From Entomortierella parvispora E1425 (Eukaryota > Fungi > Mortierellomycota): a stretch of 64,000 nt of DNA. The position numbers were made by a program, and so were the translations under genes. Shown here piece by piece: positions 36,263 through 49,074 of this stretch (positions are counted from its first letter, which is position 1; each line of letters begins with the position of its first letter). The notes beneath the pieces were generated by a model. That model ran no database searches and was not told the DNA's origin. It was given only the letters and a program-made list of their open reading frames with translations. Where the stretch lies: NCBI GenBank assembly GCA_020891255.1, contig BQFW01000002.1:2046001-2110000 (forward strand), read 5' to 3'.

Positions 36263-38435
36263 ATGTCACACGAAAAATCATCGTCCATCCACATGGAGGA
36301 CGAGAAGGTCGACCACACCATTCAGGTCGAGGACGAGTCTGATGAGGTCGCCTCTCAGTACTCCAACTACGACGGTCGCTTTGGCTTCTACTACCGCAAC
36401 AAGTCGCTTATCGACCACATCTTTGTCTTCTGCGTCTGCACTGGACTCTTTATCCCCGCTGTGATCATCCACAAGGAGGGCAACGTCCTCGTCCTGTCTC
36501 TCCTCTACGCTGCTGTTGTCTGGTGGTTGCTCCTTCGCCACTTGCCTACCGGTTCAGTCTCTGGACCCATCGCTGCTGTCTGGAACGGTGGTGCTCGCAT
36601 GATTGACCGTCTCCCCAAGATGGTGGTCAGGGCCATTGGTTATGGTATCCCCCCTGTGGCTTTGATCCTCACGGCTGCCCTCCGTGCCGATGACATCCAC
36701 GGCACCCGTGGTCAGCGCTTGATCTCTTGCTTGGGTCTCGTTGTCTTGCTCCTGTGTACCATTGCTTTCTCCAAGGTATGTCACTTTCGTCACTTTCCTC
36801 CCTTCTACCCTTTACCGCTTTACCGAAGAGAAAATACCCCTTTGGTCTCTTTTATTATTGTTTTTTCTATTGGAATATTTTTTTCCATGTCCTCAAGTGC
36901 CTTTTGGCCCAGCGACTGGCGCGGTGTTCAGAATGCGAGTCGAGCGGCGATATGATGCGCTGAGCGGCTCTTAATTGAGCTGTGTCGGCTTTGCTGACCT
37001 GCGGCGGTGGCGGTGGCGATGGGGATCATGACGATATCAACTGCTTCTCTCTTGGCTGTGCCTCTGCTTGCTGTTCCCTGCAGCAAATGCAATGGTTCAT
37101 GCCATGAGGGAAGCATGAATTGCATTCCTGCATGTTCTCTCAACCTCTGTTTATCGAATCTCGCTCCTCTCCCTGGTTGCACCCACTTTCCCATGGTCGC
37201 ACAGATCGCAGCCTGGTAAATGCACAGGTTGCTCATTCGTCTCTGTCTTCTTCTTGGATTCAATTGAATAGAACCGCAAGGCTATCTCCTGGAAGATCGT
37301 CTGGACCGGTATCTTCATGCAGTATCTTCTTGGCTTGCTCATCATCCGCTGGTCCGTCGGTTATGATGTGTTCCAGTTCATTGCCCAGCAGGCCGAGAAC
37401 TTCTTGTCCTATGCCTCCCAGGGTCGCGAGTTCATCTTTGGTCCCAACGCGGTCATGGTCCATGGTGAATCCATCGACTTTGCTGGCTCCTTTGCTGTCT
37501 CCGTCTTGCCCGCCATTATCCTTTTCGCCGCTGTCATCCAGTGCTTGTACTACTACAACATTGTTCAATCCGTCGTCGCCAGCATGGCTTCCTTGGTTAT
37601 TCACATCATTGACATCTCTGGTGTTGAGTGTGTTGCCGCTTGCGCTGCTCCCTTCGTCGGCATGTCCGAGGCCTCCATGTTGGTCGGTCCTTTCGTCTCT
37701 GAGATGACTGACGCCGAGTTGCACCAGGTCTTGACTTCTGGTTTTGCCACCATCTCTGGTTCCGTTTTCTTGGGTCTCTTGTCTTTCGGCGCTGATGCCA
37801 CTGCCTTGTTGACCTGCTGCATGATGTCCGTTCCCTGCGCCATTGTCATCTCCAAGATCCGCTTCCCCGAGTTGGAAGTCCCCTTGACCAAGGGTACTGC
37901 CGTTGCTCCCGCGTACAAGGACCGCGAGTCGAATGCTATCCACGCCATCTCCAACGGAGCCATCTTTGGTATCAAGCTCTGCATTGTCATCATTGCTGTG
38001 TTGTTGGCCGTTATTTCCTTGTTGGGCCTTACCAACGGTTTCCTGGGCTGGATCTTCAACTTCTATGGTGTTGAGATCTCTATCCAGAAAATCGCCTCTT
38101 GGGTCCTCTACCCCTTGGCTTGGTTGGTCGGCATCCCCAACCAGGACTTGATGCCCGCTGCTGAGGCCATGGGTATCAAGTTCATCTTGAACGAGTTTGC
38201 TGCCTTTGACAAGTTCACCAAGATCCAGGCTACCTTGAACCCTCGTACCGCCCTCTTGACCACCTACGCCATGGCTTCTTTTGCCAACATTGGATCGATC
38301 GGTACCCAGATCTCCTTGTTCTTGACCTTGGCTCCTGACCGTGCTGATGCCATTGCCCGTCTTTCTTTCTCTGCCTGCATGTGCGGTGCCGTTTCGACCT
38401 TGATCTCGGCCTGCATTGCTGGTATTGTTTCGTAA
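36263..38435 (+). CDS. CNT: Concentrative nucleoside transporter (CNT/SLC28 family), paralog 1, 2 exons
   Basis: Model join(36263..36775,37272..38435). Motifs are QRLISCLG, ILFAAVIQCLYYY, PFVGMSE, SGFATISGS, MMSVPCA, KIRFPE, KFILNEF and SFANIGSIG. Confidence 0.93.
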
Positions 38436-39038
38436 AACCCCCGCAAGTTTAAAGAAGCCGTAGGAAGAGGAAAGAGAGTAGAGAGTTTTCATTGTCTTGT
38501 CTAGCTTGCATTTTTCACATCTTCTTTACCACCATCAACATCATTCACCATTCACCCTAATTATAAGAAAACCCCAACTTTGTATACCAAAAAAAAGACA
38601 ATCATTGAGGGAAAGTGGTGCATAAGGGTAGTCAAAGGTACGCTGACACCCTCGGGACATGTTTGAAAAGGATAGGGAGTGCCCAGGCTTTGTTGTGGTT
38701 GAGGGGGTGATTCTCGGGTAGAGAAATGTCAAGTCCGAGGCCTCTTGGTCTAGACACCGAATCCCCTCGGTCCACCCAAGGACAAGCTGCCTAAATATAC
38801 AAATCCTCCCAGGATCATCTTTGCTCCATACGATCGAGTCTTGTGTTCCCTGCCCCTGCAGCGCAGACAAACATAGCTCATCATCTCTCTCATTCATCTT
38901 GATGGCCACGCCACATGGACTCGATTCCTGTTTGTGTTCAGTCCTGGCCTCTGGACGTTTATCCGGAGAAAGAGTCCAAGGGCGTATTTTTGATTTTTTA
39001 ATTTATTTTTTTCTGTGCTCACCCACAAAGGGTCCATC

Positions 39039-40685
39039 TCAGCCCATGGTTCTTCCTTGGTCGGATGATGGTCCTAGCCGAGCGGCGCGCTGCCGACGGT
39101 TTGAAGGCCGCAATGGTGCTGGTTCACCCATGCCTCCAGCGGACGCTTCATCGTCCACGCAGGGTATTGACTCCGAGTTTTGTGAGTGTGAGTTGTGCTG
39201 CACATGGCCATCCATATCCGCATCTTCCAGGATTTCTTCACGCTCCTGATGCACTGACATCTCTAGTGCTTGTTCTCCATCTTCTGATGCCTTTGAAGTC
39301 GAAAAGTCGCCAGCCATGAAGGCAATGCTCAGCTCCACAATGAGCAGGATCGCCCAGACATAGGTCATGGCTGGTCGAATCGTCTTGATTTGACAATAGA
39401 CAATTGCACTCTGATTATCCCCGAAGGCCTCCTCTAATTGGCACCAACGAGACCTGTAGCCTCCATGGTGTCCTGGACCGCCGGTTCCAGCACCTCCGCC
39501 GTCGCCAGCATCGCCACCAGCTCCCGCCCCCATTCCAGTATATCCTTTGCCCCCCGATCTGCCGATGGGCACGGTGCTATTGTTCCAGGTTTGCGTGCCA
39601 TTATGAACCCAGTTCCCTTCAGCACCGGTAAACGTCCCATTGCCTGTGCTATTTCCTGTAGTCACTGGCGGCGGTGGTGGCGGTGGTGGTGGTGGTCGGT
39701 GATGGTGGTAACCGTCCATCCCAGGCAAGTATCCCATCGGAGGTTTCAAGTTGCTAGCTGGCCAATATAGAGCCAAAGCTGCGAGACCAAAGCTGCAGAT
39801 GAGGCGCAAGACCAGGTAAATATTTCGCCGCTTGCGTTGGCGTCGCTTCACTGTGGACGGGGATATCGAGGGAGCTCGTTCCTCTCCCACTGTGATAGCC
39901 GTTGCCGTTGCCGCCGCTGCTGCATCGACCTTCTCGTCCTCCTGTTCCTGTGGGATACTGCTTCTCACAGGGCCTGCCGAGACTGGACTGGTGGTTGGCA
40001 ACGATCGTACTTGCTCTTGTTCCTGTTCTTGTTCTTGTTGCCGCCGTTGTTGATGGTGACGACGATCACGGCGAGAAATTGATGACGGATCCTGATGCAA
40101 TGCCAACTCTTGCTGGATTCTTCGCCGAGTGGCCCTTATGACCTCAAGAACCTCTTCCTCGTCCATCTCTTCCCGGTCATCGTTGTTTCCATGCCGAACA
40201 GACTCTGCTCTTTCGCTTTGCTCATCTTCATTGTTATCGTAATACTCATCGTCGCTATAGTCGTATGGCTCCTCTATGTAAGGCACAGGCTGGTTGATCT
40301 TGACCAGAAAGGGGTATATCAATAGAGTCATGATCATGACCACGGCCAGGATGTCGGGGGCCAATAAGAGTCCGGCCTGGGTCGCGACATCGGATAGGTC
40401 CAGGCCCATGACATTGACCTCGAACGAAAGGGTGATGGCATCAAGAATTAAGGTCGCAAAAGCGAGGATAAGGATGACCAGTCGTAGGTACCGAAGCAGC
40501 TTCTTGAACGAGAAGGAGTGGGGGCGGGAGTGTTGTTGTGGCTGTTCTTGTTCCTCTTGTTGTTGTGGCTCTGAATCTGGTGATGATTTAGAGGAGGGTC
40601 TGAAAGAGGAGAAGAAGGAGGCGGTTGTGGTGGATGAAAACAGTTTTTTCTTTTGAGGGGAAGGAGAGGCGGGTGTTGTGGCCAT
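39039..40685 (-). CDS. Hypothetical 4-TM membrane protein (MARVEL/tetraspan-like topology)
   Basis: Intronless 548-aa ORF with four hydrophobic segments. An acidic/Gln-rich loop lies between TM2 and TM3. The loop before TM4 is His/Pro/Gly-rich, with N-glycosylation sequons and two Cys. Confidence 0.75.
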   Translation of the reverse strand: MATTPASPSPQKKKLFSSTTTASFFSSFRPSSKSSPDSEPQQQEEQEQPQQHSRPHSFSFKKLLRYLRLVILILAFATLILDAITLSFEVNVMGLDLSDVATQAGLLLAPDILAVVMIMTLLIYPFLVKINQPVPYIEEPYDYSDDEYYDNNEDEQSERAESVRHGNNDDREEMDEEEVLEVIRATRRRIQQELALHQDPSSISRRDRRHHQQRRQQEQEQEQEQVRSLPTTSPVSAGPVRSSIPQEQEDEKVDAAAAATATAITVGEERAPSISPSTVKRRQRKRRNIYLVLRLICSFGLAALALYWPASNLKPPMGYLPGMDGYHHHRPPPPPPPPPPVTTGNSTGNGTFTGAEGNWVHNGTQTWNNSTVPIGRSGGKGYTGMGAGAGGDAGDGGGAGTGGPGHHGGYRSRWCQLEEAFGDNQSAIVYCQIKTIRPAMTYVWAILLIVELSIAFMAGDFSTSKASEDGEQALEMSVHQEREEILEDADMDGHVQHNSHSQNSESIPCVDDEASAGGMGEPAPLRPSNRRQRAARLGPSSDQGRTMG

Positions 40686-41554
40686 TGTTTTCGATACTGC
40701 TCGCGGATTAGAGCAGCGGAAAGAAGGAGAGAAAGGGGGGGGGGGTATAGTTGAACGGGTTTATGAAGAGAGTAGACCAGAGAATGGAGCCAGCAGCATG
40801 CTGCAGCTGTGGAGCGAGAGAGGGGAGGAGTGAGCGAGGGATGGAAGAGAAAAGAGAGAAAGAAAAGAAGAGGACGTTGCTGAAAAAGAGCAAAAAGAAC
40901 AAAGTCGAATTATCCGGGAGTGAAGGAAAATAAAAAAAAGTCATTTCGCCCTCTCAACCTTCTTTCGCGCCCATCCACACCAGTCCCTGTTTGTCTGTTT
41001 GTCCGTTTGTCTGTTTTCCGTCCTGCGCCTCCCACTGCTTGGGGGACAGAGAGCCCACGCTCTGCATGCCTAGCACCGAACCCGCCAACGGGCCATTTCG
41101 CCCATCCTTCTTCTTCCCAAGCAGACGCGATCGGCACATCGCCCCGGGGATCACATACCTTCTTCTGTGGGCCACAGAAGGGCCGACATCTCTCTTGGCT
41201 TTGCGTGTCACCAACACGCCACCTGGGGTCCAGTCACCCCATAGTCGTCCTTCGCCCCTCAACAAGCCTCACAATGTTTTCCGTTTCGTGTTACAACTAC
41301 TGCAACGAGGGGGTACTCTAACTAGTTCCAACGGCATGGCGCCTCCACCTTGCTCGTCCCCCCTCTTTCACAGCTGCAGTCCACCTTGAATCTTTTCTCT
41401 TCTTGGATTCTTCTCCTTTCTCTCTCCTCCATCTCGTCCAACTCCCCTGCCTCCCTTCTCACCCTCCAGAACAACGAACAGACCCCACCACTCTACTTCA
41501 ACTCGCCAGGCTGTCACTTTCAACTTCTTGCACACACACCCACTCTACCTGACC

Positions 41555-43642
41555 ATGGTCCTCTTTTCGCAAAAAAAGCCTTTCTACCGAACAGGCTATC
41601 TTGTCACAGTTGTGCTCTCCGTCCTATCAGGTACATCATGAGCGGTCATCACTAGTTTTCTGACCTTGCAATACTTCTTCTACCTTCCCATCCTCGGGAT
41701 AACAGGTCTCCCATCTGCCTCTAAATCTTACAGTTCTCAGAAAATGTCACTGTTGGGGGGGGGGGTCCACATCGCTGGATGTTTGAATCACTGAAGATGG
41801 GAGATATTGGCGCCTGTTTCATGTTTCCATCCCCTCCCTTTTGTGAAATATCCGGGTTCTTTGTCCAACTCACAACTCGTTGGCTCCTCTTAAATAAGGA
41901 GCGTTTGGGGATTCGTTGTCCAGCCGACGCACCGTTCCAAAAAAGCCAAAACAATGCCCTGTGCCCAAGTGCTAAACATCTTCACAACGTTGTTGATCGC
42001 GTAGCATCGACCACTCTCCTGCTGCCAATTTCTGCTCAAGCAACAAGTTCGCAACTGTGCTCTGGTCAGGTCTGCATCTCCGCTACGATCTACTCCCAGG
42101 AACCCAACACTATCGAGTTCAGTCTTTCTTCCAAGCTTCCTGTGGGTTGGCTTGGCCTGGGGATGGGCGGACTACCCAGCGGCATGACTGGAAACGACCT
42201 TGCGGTAGGGCAACAAATGTCAAACCCTTGAACCGGCCATACTACTTTCCCCTCCCTCCCCTTGCTGTTGACTTGTTGACTCATATTTCCTCCTTCTCAT
42301 CCCCCTAATTTCATTTCCGCTGCCCCAGATCTGTTGGCCAACTGCAACAGGCAAGGGCGCCATCATCTCACAACGCGCTGCAGCCCATAATGGCCAGCCT
42401 TCCGTCAAGACAACCTCTGTCGCGTTTCAAGTCCAGACCAACAAATCAATGCTATCGTCGACAAAGCTTTTCACCTGCACCTACTCCCGACCACTGAACC
42501 TGACAACATCTCCCATCGCCTCTACAGCCAAGGCTATCAATGTCATCTTTGCTGTAGGGCTACATGCTGTTCAAGGAACCGATCCCCAGACAGCCGTTCT
42601 TCAGAAACACACTTTCACTGGCACCGGCAGCCTGACCATTGTTCGGACAGAAGGAAGCAGTAGTGGTGCTGGAGGTGTCAACGGAACCTCCGCGATAATG
42701 TCTGGCAATACCGCATCAGGCACAAGTGACCCCAGTGTATATTCCCAGGCCTCACTTGACGAAATTCTTGCCAATGAGGCTCTCTACAGCCAACTGGTCA
42801 AAGCCCATGGCAAGTTCTCGGACGGGGGTTATTTCGATTCAGGGCCGAGTTTCAGCTGGAAGACATGCTAACGTCTCCTGCCTCCTCTTTTCTTCGTATA
42901 TCTAGGTCTATTGATGTCTATTGCGTTCTTGATCCTCTTTCCGACTGGGGCTTTCATCGTCCGATTCTTTTCTCACCGTCCAGAGGTCTTTCGATTCCAT
43001 CGACCGATTCAAGTCCTTGGGTTCCTCACCGTCATCTCGGCCTTTACCTGTATCATCGTCGCGGTCAGCAAGAATCCCGACAGCGAGAGCGAGAAAGATT
43101 CGCCCACGGCTTCCACCCATGCTAGTGTCGGTCTCTTCCTTGTCTGTGCTCTCCTCCTCCAGATCTTGATTGGCGTTTTTATCTTTCATGCTTTCAATCC
43201 ATCCAGAGACATCCGTACGACGATGGCCAAGGCTCATCTAGTATCGACATGGGGTCATCGTGCCTGGGGTTATCTCATTCTGTTGACGGGTTTTACTCAG
43301 GTTAACTTGGGCCTCTCGCGTTATGGTCAGTGGCCTCTGGGCACAGAAACGATCTGGCGCGCCTACGACACCTGGGTCGTGATGGTGATAGCTGTTTTCT
43401 TCCTAGGCTCGGCTTTCAAGATGTGGAGAACTCGACAGCAGACTCGTGCTGGGGGCAAAGGAGAGTGGGATAGCAGGGAAAGTGCCTTGAAGGTCAACAA
43501 TGATCCCTATCACCATCATCAGCAGCAACAGCAACAGCCTCGACCTGGAAGACGAGCTGCTCTAGAGGACGATCAATATGAGCTTCAGGCACACAGTCGG
43601 CAGTCGACCGGAGGAAGCGGTCGCGAAGAATACATCCGATGA
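41555..43642 (+). CDS. DOMON (heme-binding) plus cytochrome b561 protein (CYBDOM, ferric-reductase-like), 4 exons
   Basis: The signal-peptide exon is 41555..41630. The DOMON domain has GWLGLG, GM(T)GNDLAICW and a distal QKH. The b561 domain has four His (KAHG, RFHRP, STHAS, WGHRA). Confidence 0.88.
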
Positions 43643-44599
43643 TTGTCCATGTGACCACTGAGTGAAAAACAAGAGCGTGTTTCAAGGGGAAAAAACCATT
43701 CATAGCATTGTGTTCAGTTGCGTTGCCACCAAACCCATAAACGATCAACGATGACGACAAGTCGAGACTAGACCTGTAGTCTACATGTACCAGTGTTTTT
43801 AGATTTTGACCTTGGTCTGCAGCCCTGCCGGCCCGCCATCGACCAGTCGAGGGTGCAGCGCCGGAGATCAGCAGACAGGAACAGGAATGTGCTGTCAAAA
43901 AAAGACTTTTCTTGAAGAGCAACCATGTGTTTCAACCCTATCATTCCCGACCGATCTGGTTAGTGACTGCCGTTGTTTTTTCATCTCGCGAGCAGAAAGA
44001 TAACACTTTGCTCTCGGCAGCAGCTTTTTTGACCCGCCAGTCCATTGGTCACCCCAGATTCTACCAAAAAAGACAGCATCATACTTCTTTGCTTGCTTGG
44101 TCATCGTCCGGTTCATCCCTGTGTGAGTGTCTTTACCGCTGAAGTTCTTTCTCGCTTCCTCCTATCCCATCTTGTTTCTAGACCACAAAGTAGAAAATGG
44201 TGCGCTAAACACACGTTTAAGCGATTGTCACTGGCACAGGGGATAGATGAGATGTGATTGTCTACCTTCATGAACCACCTTTTCTCGCTGCCGAGGGTGT
44301 TGATTCAATTGATGAGACAGCACACGCTGGATCAAGCATTTGGAAAGAAACATGATTTGCTACAGCGGAGGATCTCTGTCGCGTGTTCATGGAAAGTAGA
44401 AAAAAAAAGGGTGAGCGATCCCCTGTGTCCGGACCCTTTCTTGGAGAGCCATGGAGGAAACAGACCGCGATAGAATAAGGAGGATAAGAAAAGAAAAGAA
44501 TTGTCCGAGGGACAACGGACGCAGCAGGGCCATCCCGCTTTCATATGTCAATATCTGTGGCAACCTTAAAGTTTCTGGTCGAGGGGTGACTCTCAATGG

Positions 44600-45305
44600 C
44601 GCGTATCTCCGTCATTATCGCAGTCCGTGGTAAGGTCATGAAGAAACTGGCTATCGGTCTCGTTGGTCTCCTCTATCCTCAGTTTCGGAGCTCTTTGTCA
44701 TGGACACCGAAAAGTGCTCCTGTGCCTCATCTTCGACAGTTGTATTAGGGGTAGGACCCTGCCACTGCCTTTCGGCTCTGTCCGGCGTCCTGATTTTCAC
44801 TTTTTCCTTTACTGCCACCTTTATTGCAGACAGACAGATCAAGGGCAATGGGCAGAAGGGCAATGTTTCTCCTGATCTTGATCACCCCATGTCCCCCGCT
44901 GTGCAGGAGTTGTCCCTGGTTTCGTGCCTGCCTTGCCTCAGCAAGCTTATCCATCCCTGGCCGTGTCGCCGCTAACTCCTCTTGGGACAGGAGAAGGGTG
45001 AACAGGAAGGGTAAAAAAGCGCCCCTTCGGGATTGGGTGGACTGCAGTGAATACTTTGCGCCGTGGAATGAATGATTCAATAGACCTTATCATCCGAGAG
45101 GAGATGTTTTGTTAGTCCGTGTCCTTCCTCATCCCTACCTCGAGCCGCTGCCTTCTCTCTATCCTTGACACGCACCTTTCTCTCCACCTGCAGCAACTCT
45201 CACCGCCCATTTCATCCTTTATATAAAGGACACCGTTATCTTTCCTTGTGTTTCTTTCTTTTTCTCTCTTCCTTCAGCTCACTTCTATCTTTTCACGTTA
45301 TCAGT
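44600..45305. promoter_or_regulatory. Cluster of HGATAR (GATA-factor) sites plus a TATATAAA upstream of the ammonium transporter
   Basis: Reverse-oriented HGATAA cores lie at about 44615, 45087, 45235 and 45297, with TATATAAA at 45220-45227. This arrangement is typical of nitrogen-regulated fungal permeases. Confidence 0.35.
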
Positions 45306-45555
45306 CTACCTTCAACTCCTCAAGTCGTTGCACCAGGCACCTGTTCCTCCTACCCCCATCCTCCACACGACTTATTCACCTCCACATATCACTCTCTGTG
45401 TTCGGTCATAGCCACAGTTAACACAATACCAACAAAGCAACACCAATTACATCAACAACAGAACTTCAGCCTCACTCGCGTACTGCCGCTTAGAAAAGTT
45501 TTACCCCCGCCCTGAGTTCTGGGCGATCAGTTCAAACACGCCAGTAACAACTACA

Positions 45556-47314
45556 ATGGAATCCACACCCGTTTCAACAGAATACAAACCTGGCGATATC
45601 GCTTGGGTCTTGACTTCGACCGCTCTCGTCTTTTTGATGTGTCCTGGTCTTGGACTCTTTTATGCAGGCATGGCTAGGATGAAGCATTCATTATCGTTGA
45701 TGATGCTCTCGGTTCTCGCTGTGGCTTTGGTTTCGATCCAATGGTATTTCTGGGGATTCTCTCTCACATTCAGTACTACCGGAGGACCCTTCATCGGCAA
45801 CTTGGATCACTTTGTCGGCCGAGGCATCGGATGGGAACCTCATCCAAGTGCACCCAACGTGCCGATGAGCGCCTTCTTTCTGTTCCAACTGATGTTCGCG
45901 GCCATCACTCCTGCTTTGGCCTATGGTGCCTCGGCAGAGAGAATGCGAATTATCCCTGCAATCCTGTTCCTGTTCATCTGGAGCACACTCGTGTACGACG
46001 TGATCACGTACTGGGTCTGGGGTCCTAACGGCTGGTTGACGGTCATGGGTGTCATGGACTACGCAGGGGGCACGCCTGTCCACATCAGCTCCGGATCTGC
46101 CGCCGTCGCTTACGCCATGGTTCTTGGAAAGCGCAAGGACTACAACCATCCCTCGACGGTGCCTCATAACGTGGCCTTTGTCTTCATCGGCACAGCCTTG
46201 CTCTGGTTCGGTTGGTTCGGGTTCAACGGTGGCTCGGCCCAAGCTGCAAATGCCAGGGGTATCCAGACCATCATCAACTCTCATCTCTCTGCCTGCGTTG
46301 GTGGTCTGGTCTGGGTTTTTCTCGATTACAGACACAACAAGAAGCTGACCTTGATTGGTTTTTGCACGGGCGCCGTCGCCGGTTTGGCTACCATCACCCC
46401 TGGATCCGGTTTTGTCTCCAGCTCAAGCTCCTTGGTCTTTGGATTGGTTGGAGCCGGAGTCTGCAACTTGTGTGTCTCTTGGAAGTCCAAGTACCACTTT
46501 GACGATGCCCTGGATGTCTTTGCTGTCCACTACGTTGGAGGATTAGTGTAAGTTGCTTTATGATTTGCGCAGTGGTGAAGATCAGAAGCATTCGTGAACA
46601 TCCTTCATTGACTGTCCTTGGCACTTTTGCCCACTTTCTAAACATAGTGGATTGATTTTGACTGGAGTCTTTGCACAGCAAAGCATTATTGGCCTTTCCT
46701 ACCCCGCAGGCGCGACCGATGTCCCAATCGGAGGCATGCTTGACGGCAACTACCACCAAGTCCTTGTTCAGTTGGCAGCCATTGGCTCCGTGACAGCCTG
46801 GTCCTTTGTGGTCACCTATGGTATCCTCTACATCATGAACATGTTCCCAGGATTGCGTCTTCGCCTCGAGGACCATGAGGAGGAGCTGGGCACAGACATG
46901 GCTCAGATGGGTGAGACCGCTTATGGATTCCTGCCTCTCCTCGGACGCAACGGCGATGAAGAGTCTACGGGTAGTTTGCGAAAGAGTGAGAACTTGAATG
47001 CGGAAAGCACTTGCTGTTCCTCCCACTGCATAAGTCACCGATGTGGCAGCACCAGCGGTGCAGGCGGAGAGCTGAACACCCCTATCAGCAGCGGAGGAAG
47101 CACCGTCGGTGGCATGAACGCGACCGGGAATGCCTCCTCCACTACGTTAAACTTGGATCTGCATGTACCCCGTCCCGATGAGGACGAGGATCACCCAAGG
47201 CGGTTACCAGAGATGACCGAGCAGAATGCTCAGAGGTCTGCTCGTCTGGCCCGAGCTCATCGTCATTCACACGTGGACGAGGATGAGAGTGATGGCAGCG
47301 ACAACAGTCGTTAA
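45556..47314 (+). CDS. MEP: Ammonium transporter (Amt/Mep family), twin-His type, 2 exons
   Basis: Motifs are PGLGLFYAG, FQLMFAAIT, DYAGGTPVHISSG, LLWFGWFGFNGGS, GLATITP and DDALDVFAVHYVGG, followed by a long C-terminal tail. Confidence 0.96.
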
Positions 47315-47523
47315 AAAGTATTTGCCTGTTGCTATTTCTTCTATCCATCAATTTTGTACTTGTACCATTTTCCTTTCATTGTTTTTTCGTTTCTCCCCAC
47401 TCTCTTCATCCGATAGAAAAAAAAAAGAATAAAAATCTTGGAATCGAAAAAAAACAAGAGATATATATGATATATATGAAGTATGAACATGCTCTATGTT
47501 ATGTTTTCTAATGCTCAAAAGAG

Positions 47524-49074
47524 TTACTTGGCCATTTGCTGCGCCAAGAAGTCGCTGTATGTTGTTGGCAATGGCTTGTTCCATGAGATTTTCGCACTGC
47601 TAGACTTTAGTTCAAACTTGGCCTCTCCAGCGGGGTACAGGGCGCCACATCCGTGCACAAGCTTGAATCGAAGAGCAGCCAACTCACCCATGAGAATGAA
47701 ATGTAGCTCCAGCTCCAGTCCTTCCTTTTGTTTTGATAAGGAATGTGAATGATTGTGGCTTTTGTCTGTACAGGTTTCGGGATCGGGCTCGCTCTCGGCC
47801 TTTTCCGCTGCCAAAAGCTTTTCAGGAACTGGAATCACGGTCCATTTACCAAAAGCATGGTTGACAACGCACATCTGCGTCGTGGCCAAAGCGCTGTCGT
47901 CAACCTTGATTCCTGATAACCGGACAAATCCCTTGAGTCTGTACACATCTTCCTTGTCCAAGGTGTTCAAAAAATTCTCAAATCGATCCAACGACATGGC
48001 CTCTCCGCCCTTCTCCCCAAAGCATTTGATCTCCATCGTATCCAGCTCATTCTCGTGATGGTCCGACTTGCCGTTTGGCTCAATTTCCTTCTGGAAAGCT
48101 GCATTGTGGGGTCCCATTGCGCCTTGAAGTTCAAACAGCTTCGTGTCCAATCCAAAGACCAGCTCTGGTGACACTGGCACATCCTTGTTGACAAAGACCT
48201 TGGGTGCATCTGTATTGAGATCGTTGACTCTATCAATTACGCGATCCAGATCTCTTTCAGACACCTAAGCAGAGAATGGGTTCCATGATGTTAGTTGAAA
48301 TAGAGCCTTCCCTTGGAACGAAGTTAGAGCGATATTAAAAAGGACAGCTCAAGTTCAATATTTACGCCTTCATGCTTGGTGAGAAGGACCAGATCAGTGT
48401 ACTCGGCTTGTAATTTGGCAGTATAGCTGTTATCGGCGTATCCTTGGAAGTTCTGACAATCAACCACGTTCAAGATAGAATCCAAGACAAATCCTTCATC
48501 TGCTAGCTCTCGGATCTGCCATGCAATGGGTCCTTTGGATGGGTCAAGTTATGATAGAAGGAGGGTTAGCTGGCCTGCGTAGTAGCACTCTTGTATGATC
48601 AAAGGGAGTGTCACCATACCTGGGAAAGCAGATCCGCTTGTCTCGATGATGATCCGATCGGGGTTGTACTTTTCCCTGAGCTCCAGCAGTCCCTCCTTCA
48701 TCTGTCCGACGAGGACACAGCACAAACAACCGTTGGTCATCTCTTGGACATCGATATTGGCCAGTTTTGCGATCTGAGAATCGACCTTTACATCCCCAAA
48801 TTCGTTCTTGAGAAGACAGAACTTATAGCCTTTGGGCATTGAATTCATGAGAGAGAGGATAATGGTCTATGCCAAGATTGAAGAGACGGGATAGCAGGAA
48901 CCAAACTAGAAAGTCAGTATGCCACTGCTCAACTCTGTAAGCAAATAAAACGTAGAGAGAGAGCAAGAGACACTGGCGTACTGTCTTTCCGACGCCCACA
49001 AAGCCAGTGAAGACGGTAACGGGGACCTTGCCACCCTTGCTGATGGTGTTGGGGGTTCTTCCTGGTAGGTCCAT
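47524..49074 (-). CDS. CobW/COG0523 (G3E) zinc-metallochaperone GTPase, 4 exons
   Basis: Motifs are VPVTVFTGFVGVGKT, LKNEFGDV, EMTNGCLCC, IIIETSG and a CobW_C-like segment (LDKEDVYRLKGFV). A HNHSHS segment lies near the C-terminus. Confidence 0.9.

Noticed and set aside
37260-38492. 410-aa minus-strand ORF, and similar antisense ORFs over AzgA, Amt, the nitronate monooxygenase and CNT2
   Set aside because: These are antisense shadows of strongly codon-biased genes.
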